Shown here piece by piece: positions 60,505 to 64,000 of a stretch of 64,000 bases of DNA (position 1 is its first letter; each line of letters begins with the position of its first letter). A program made the translations under genes and the position numbers. The notes beneath the pieces were generated by a model. It ran no database searches. It was not told where the DNA came from and worked only from the letters and a program-made list of their open reading frames with translations. The DNA lies in contig OZ024750.1 of NCBI GenBank assembly GCA_964016885.1, forward strand, positions 48,112,001-48,176,000, in the 5' to 3' direction. This DNA comes from Eledone cirrhosa. Its lineage: Eukaryota.

Positions 60505-61876
60505 TAAATATGGTTTTATAAATATAGTTTCCATTTATTTAATATCGTATATATATATATATATATATATATAGATATTTCTTTAAAAATATACCCATCC
60601 TTCTACCTTATTTCAATGTTATGTATTATACATTATATAATACTAGTTACACATTCTATATCATTAGTATTTATCACTTCCCTTTCTTCCTTTTTTCCTT
60701 TTTTTCTTTTAATTTCTAACCTCTAATCTGTACCTTTTTTTCCTAGATACTTCTCAATTCTCAATATTACTCACCACAATATATCCACTCTTCCTTCCTC
60801 CATCCTATCACTGGCCATAAAACTTACTATTACCCTTTTAAATACTTTATAGTATCACCTTGAAAAAATCCTCCGCAAGGATAAACATTTTTATTTTTAC
60901 GTTAGATTATTCATCCTCAATTCATTATTTATTTCTCCCTTTCATGCTCGTCTAACCTCTACATATTACAAATCACAATACATAAAAACAAACTTAAACC
61001 CTAACTAATCTCCTTTATTACATTATATTATTACCATTAGGAAATACTTCATAAACATACATATTTTGATGTTAAGGTATTCTCCTTAAACACTATCTCC
61101 TTCTTTGCTTTCTGCGCTCATTTGTAAACAAACTATTTACATATATTACACATACATATTACTTTACATAAAAACAAACTTAAACACTAACTAATTCCTC
61201 TAAATTCATAATTCATCCATCCTCTACTGCTTTTCACAATATATCCTTAATTACATTACTATTTTTATTTTTAATAATACATATCAACAATTTCTTTCCA
61301 TCGCACTTATTATTAAACCCTTCAATATACAAACCTTAATTTAATATTATTCTTAAATGTTTCACTTCGTTAATTTTCAAATTCTTTTAATTCATATATT
61401 ATCATCCATCGATGTTTTAACCTCTCTCTGTTAAACAATATATTATTCTCCGTTATAAAAGCTATCTCTCTTTCTCTATCACCCATCTCTCCTCCTATCT
61501 CATCCTTCCTTATTATACTCCACCCCTCCATTTTTTACTCTCATCTCCTCCTCTTTTTCATCCTTTCCACCACCTCCTCACGTTTTTCCCAATATCACAC
61601 ATCAATCTAAAACTACTTTTCATATGTTGATTTAAAACGGCACTATTCACAAGTGTTTTTTAGACTTCATATCGTGTCTCCCTATTTTATCTGACAAAAA
61701 CGCAAATGTCATCGCATGATCATATTTGTTTTTAAAATGCGCATAATAAAATATATGGAACCCTTTTAACCATCTTTTGATCTTATATATTATTTATACT
61801 CCAGTCCTACAAACTGTAGGATGCTACTTATCCGATATCTGCATTGCTTTATTGTACTACAATAAAACTCACCTCC

Positions 61877-61910
<34 letters not shown>

Positions 61911-61913
<3 letters not shown>

Positions 61914-62045
61914 TTGTTTCTACTTTTGGCACAATGCCAGCAATTACCCCGTACATTACTGGCACTTTATATTATCGACCCCGAAAGGATGAAAGGCAAA
62001 TTTAATCTCGGCGGGATTTGAACTCAGTCCGTAAAGGGACGTAAT
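61911..62045 (-). mobile_element. tRNA-derived SINE (5'-truncated)
   Basis: Family match. Confidence 0.85.
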
Positions 62046-62822
62046 AATATTCGAGTCGTTTGGAATAATGCAAGCAAACTCTTAAATCGTGTGAGTAGAA
62101 CAACCTCGTCATTCTTTCTCCTGTTTTGCCATATAAGCAGAACGGCAGACATTAATGTTTCTGGGCGATTCCCCATCACCAGAGCCGTACACTGCGTACC
62201 TGCCGACTGTCAGAGATAGTTAAAATATATGATATTTTCTGGAATATGTAGAGACTGGTCGCCTTGATTTGCATATTAGCAGACTGCCTGATCCGTCAGA
62301 TCAGCATATTAGCATTTATTAACATATGTTTTTGAATTGCTGGACTTGTGTCTACAGAAGAAACCATTATATACCGTATTTGCAGTGACGACATCAATAA
62401 CAATAACAAATGCAACGGGATGGCCGTCATAACGATCCAATGAAGCACAGGCATGGTAACAGTAACAACAATAACTACACCACCCACTGAATACATCACC
62501 AACACCTGCTCTGTTGGCTTTTACATCTTCAGCCGAGAAAACAGGATTAGTATTGGTTTAGTCGCCATACGCCACTTCCTAACTAATATTGTCTGTGGGG
62601 AATTTAGTTGTCAAAATTGATACGGCTAATAGCATTGTATTTACAAAAACTACCTCAACAGCGAAAAATACGTCAGCTAACTCAACAGCCAAAAATATAA
62701 TGTTCCTGACACAAACATATTTGAGAGATAATAGAAAAACGAGATTATCGTTAACTGCAGTATATATATATATATATACGCGCACACACAAATACACACA
62801 CACACACACACACCCACACACA

Positions 62823-62861
<39 letters not shown>

Positions 62862-62863
62862 AG

Positions 62864-62897
<34 letters not shown>

Positions 62898-63051
62898 TTA
62901 AAAAAATAGAGGTGTGACACACGAATTGTGATATATTAGTAAAAAGTAATATAAAATGCTGACGAATTTTTGCCAGGGAAAAATAGTTTAATTAGGAATA
63001 AGTATAAATTAGTAATAAGTATTAGTTACTATTCAGTTTTAGTTTTAAGTT

Positions 63052-63088
63052 TTTTTACCGGTTGCGCATTTCCTATGCTTTTCAAAAA
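63052..63088 (-). ncRNA. HHR-like motif, family D (U3:A8, GCAA core)
   Basis: ttt-TTGAAAA-gcat-aggaa-atgc-GCAAC-cg-GTA-aaa. Confidence 0.55.
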
Positions 63089-63469
63089 TAATTTTGAGAT
63101 AGAGTGCTCGTGCGAGGGTCACACATTCCCCTATTATCCACTCAACTACCCTAAATATTGAGTACTTTGGTGCGCTATGGTCCATCAGGTTCCTTACCAC
63201 ACTTCCTTCGTTACGTATATATATTGTGTGTGTGTAGCCTCTGCACACCCTCTGCACCCTACTATCGACGCCACCCCATCTATGGTTCAGCTAACCACTC
63301 GACTCCCGGGAATGAATATGACCGCAGATAGTAAACAACGACCCACACCCCACCCTCCCGCACCAAAATTAGACTTATCGTCCCCTACTTTTGCTCTTTA
63401 CTCTCTTTACTCTTTGTTCTTGAATGTTTGGTTGGTAGAGTCCATAACACCAATCAAACCCCTTTTATA

Positions 63470-63514
63470 GCTCTGACGAATCCTACGATTACGTAAGGAA
63501 GAAACATTGTAAGC
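63470..63514 (+). ncRNA. Type I hammerhead ribozyme
   Basis: gct-CTGACGA-a-tcctacg-atta-cgtaagga-a-GAAAC-att-GTA-agc, then AATAAA. Confidence 0.8.
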
Positions 63515-63556
63515 CAATAAAAATCTGTTGATGTTGTAGACGCTCTTGTGTTCTTT

Positions 63557-63596
<40 letters not shown>

Positions 63597-63603
<7 letters not shown>

Positions 63604-64000
63604 ATACTTGTGGAGGGTCATATTTGTGTAATAATATTGCCAGAATTAATAACAGTACACACTCATTGTTTGGTTGGTTTTCGCTTCTGTCTTTTATATC
63701 GGTTAATTTAATTTATTCGGTCCTCAATGTTGCCATTGACTGACCAACGGTCAAAAATACAGATACAATATAGACACAAACACATACATATATAGTCTAT
63801 CAAACTTTTTTCGTTTCACATCTGCAACCTCGCCAGTGGTGCTATTATGTTTCCTCCCGTTGCCTTGTATGCTTACGCCATCTTTATTTAGATGTTGCAG
63901 ATGTGCAACGAAAGAACTTTGGTAGACTATATATATGTGTTTGTGTCTATATTTTATCTGTTTTTTTTTACCGTTGGTCAGTCAATGGCAACATTGATGA
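63597..64000 (-). mobile_element. PLE terminal fragment, family C, with inverted arm (63720-63830 / 63891-64000)
   Basis: Inverted repeat with HHR remnants in both arms. Confidence 0.6.

Larger units (their letters stand above)
58497..61880. mobile_element. Composite PLE locus: inverted pLTR (58497-59190), GIY-YIG remnant, pLTRs with HHRs
   Basis: 58497-59190 is the reverse complement of about 61245-61790. HHRs at 58535-58601 (-), 60443-60504 (+), 61685-61751 (+, decayed). Confidence 0.78.

Overview
Eukaryotic, AT-rich, repeat-saturated DNA. It is most likely from an octopus/cephalopod, inferred from recognising the SINE and MITE families; no database was checked. No intact host gene was found, and most listed ORFs are (TA)n/(CA)n/(GA)n translation artefacts. 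The window is a graveyard of mobile elements, many nested in (TA)n microsatellites. It holds at least six Penelope-like retroelement (PLE) remnants (RT and/or GIY-YIG, several with inverted pLTRs), many short fold-back PLE end fragments, a degraded RepHel Helitron and two non-autonomous Helitrons (one carrying a pogo transposase fragment). It also holds a mariner remnant, a probable solo LTR and roughly 18 copies of a tRNA-derived SINE. The main non-obvious signal is RNA-level: over 20 type I hammerhead ribozyme (HHR) motifs from about 10 sequence families. These include (i) a near-perfect 5.5 x 422-bp tandem array with one intact HHR per unit (retrozyme-like, predicted to yield 422-nt monomers or circles), (ii) a family with a non-canonical U3:A8 + A13C core conserved in three dispersed copies, and (iii) HHRs with about 100-nt insertions in stem II. 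All coordinates were read by eye, and element boundaries are approximate.
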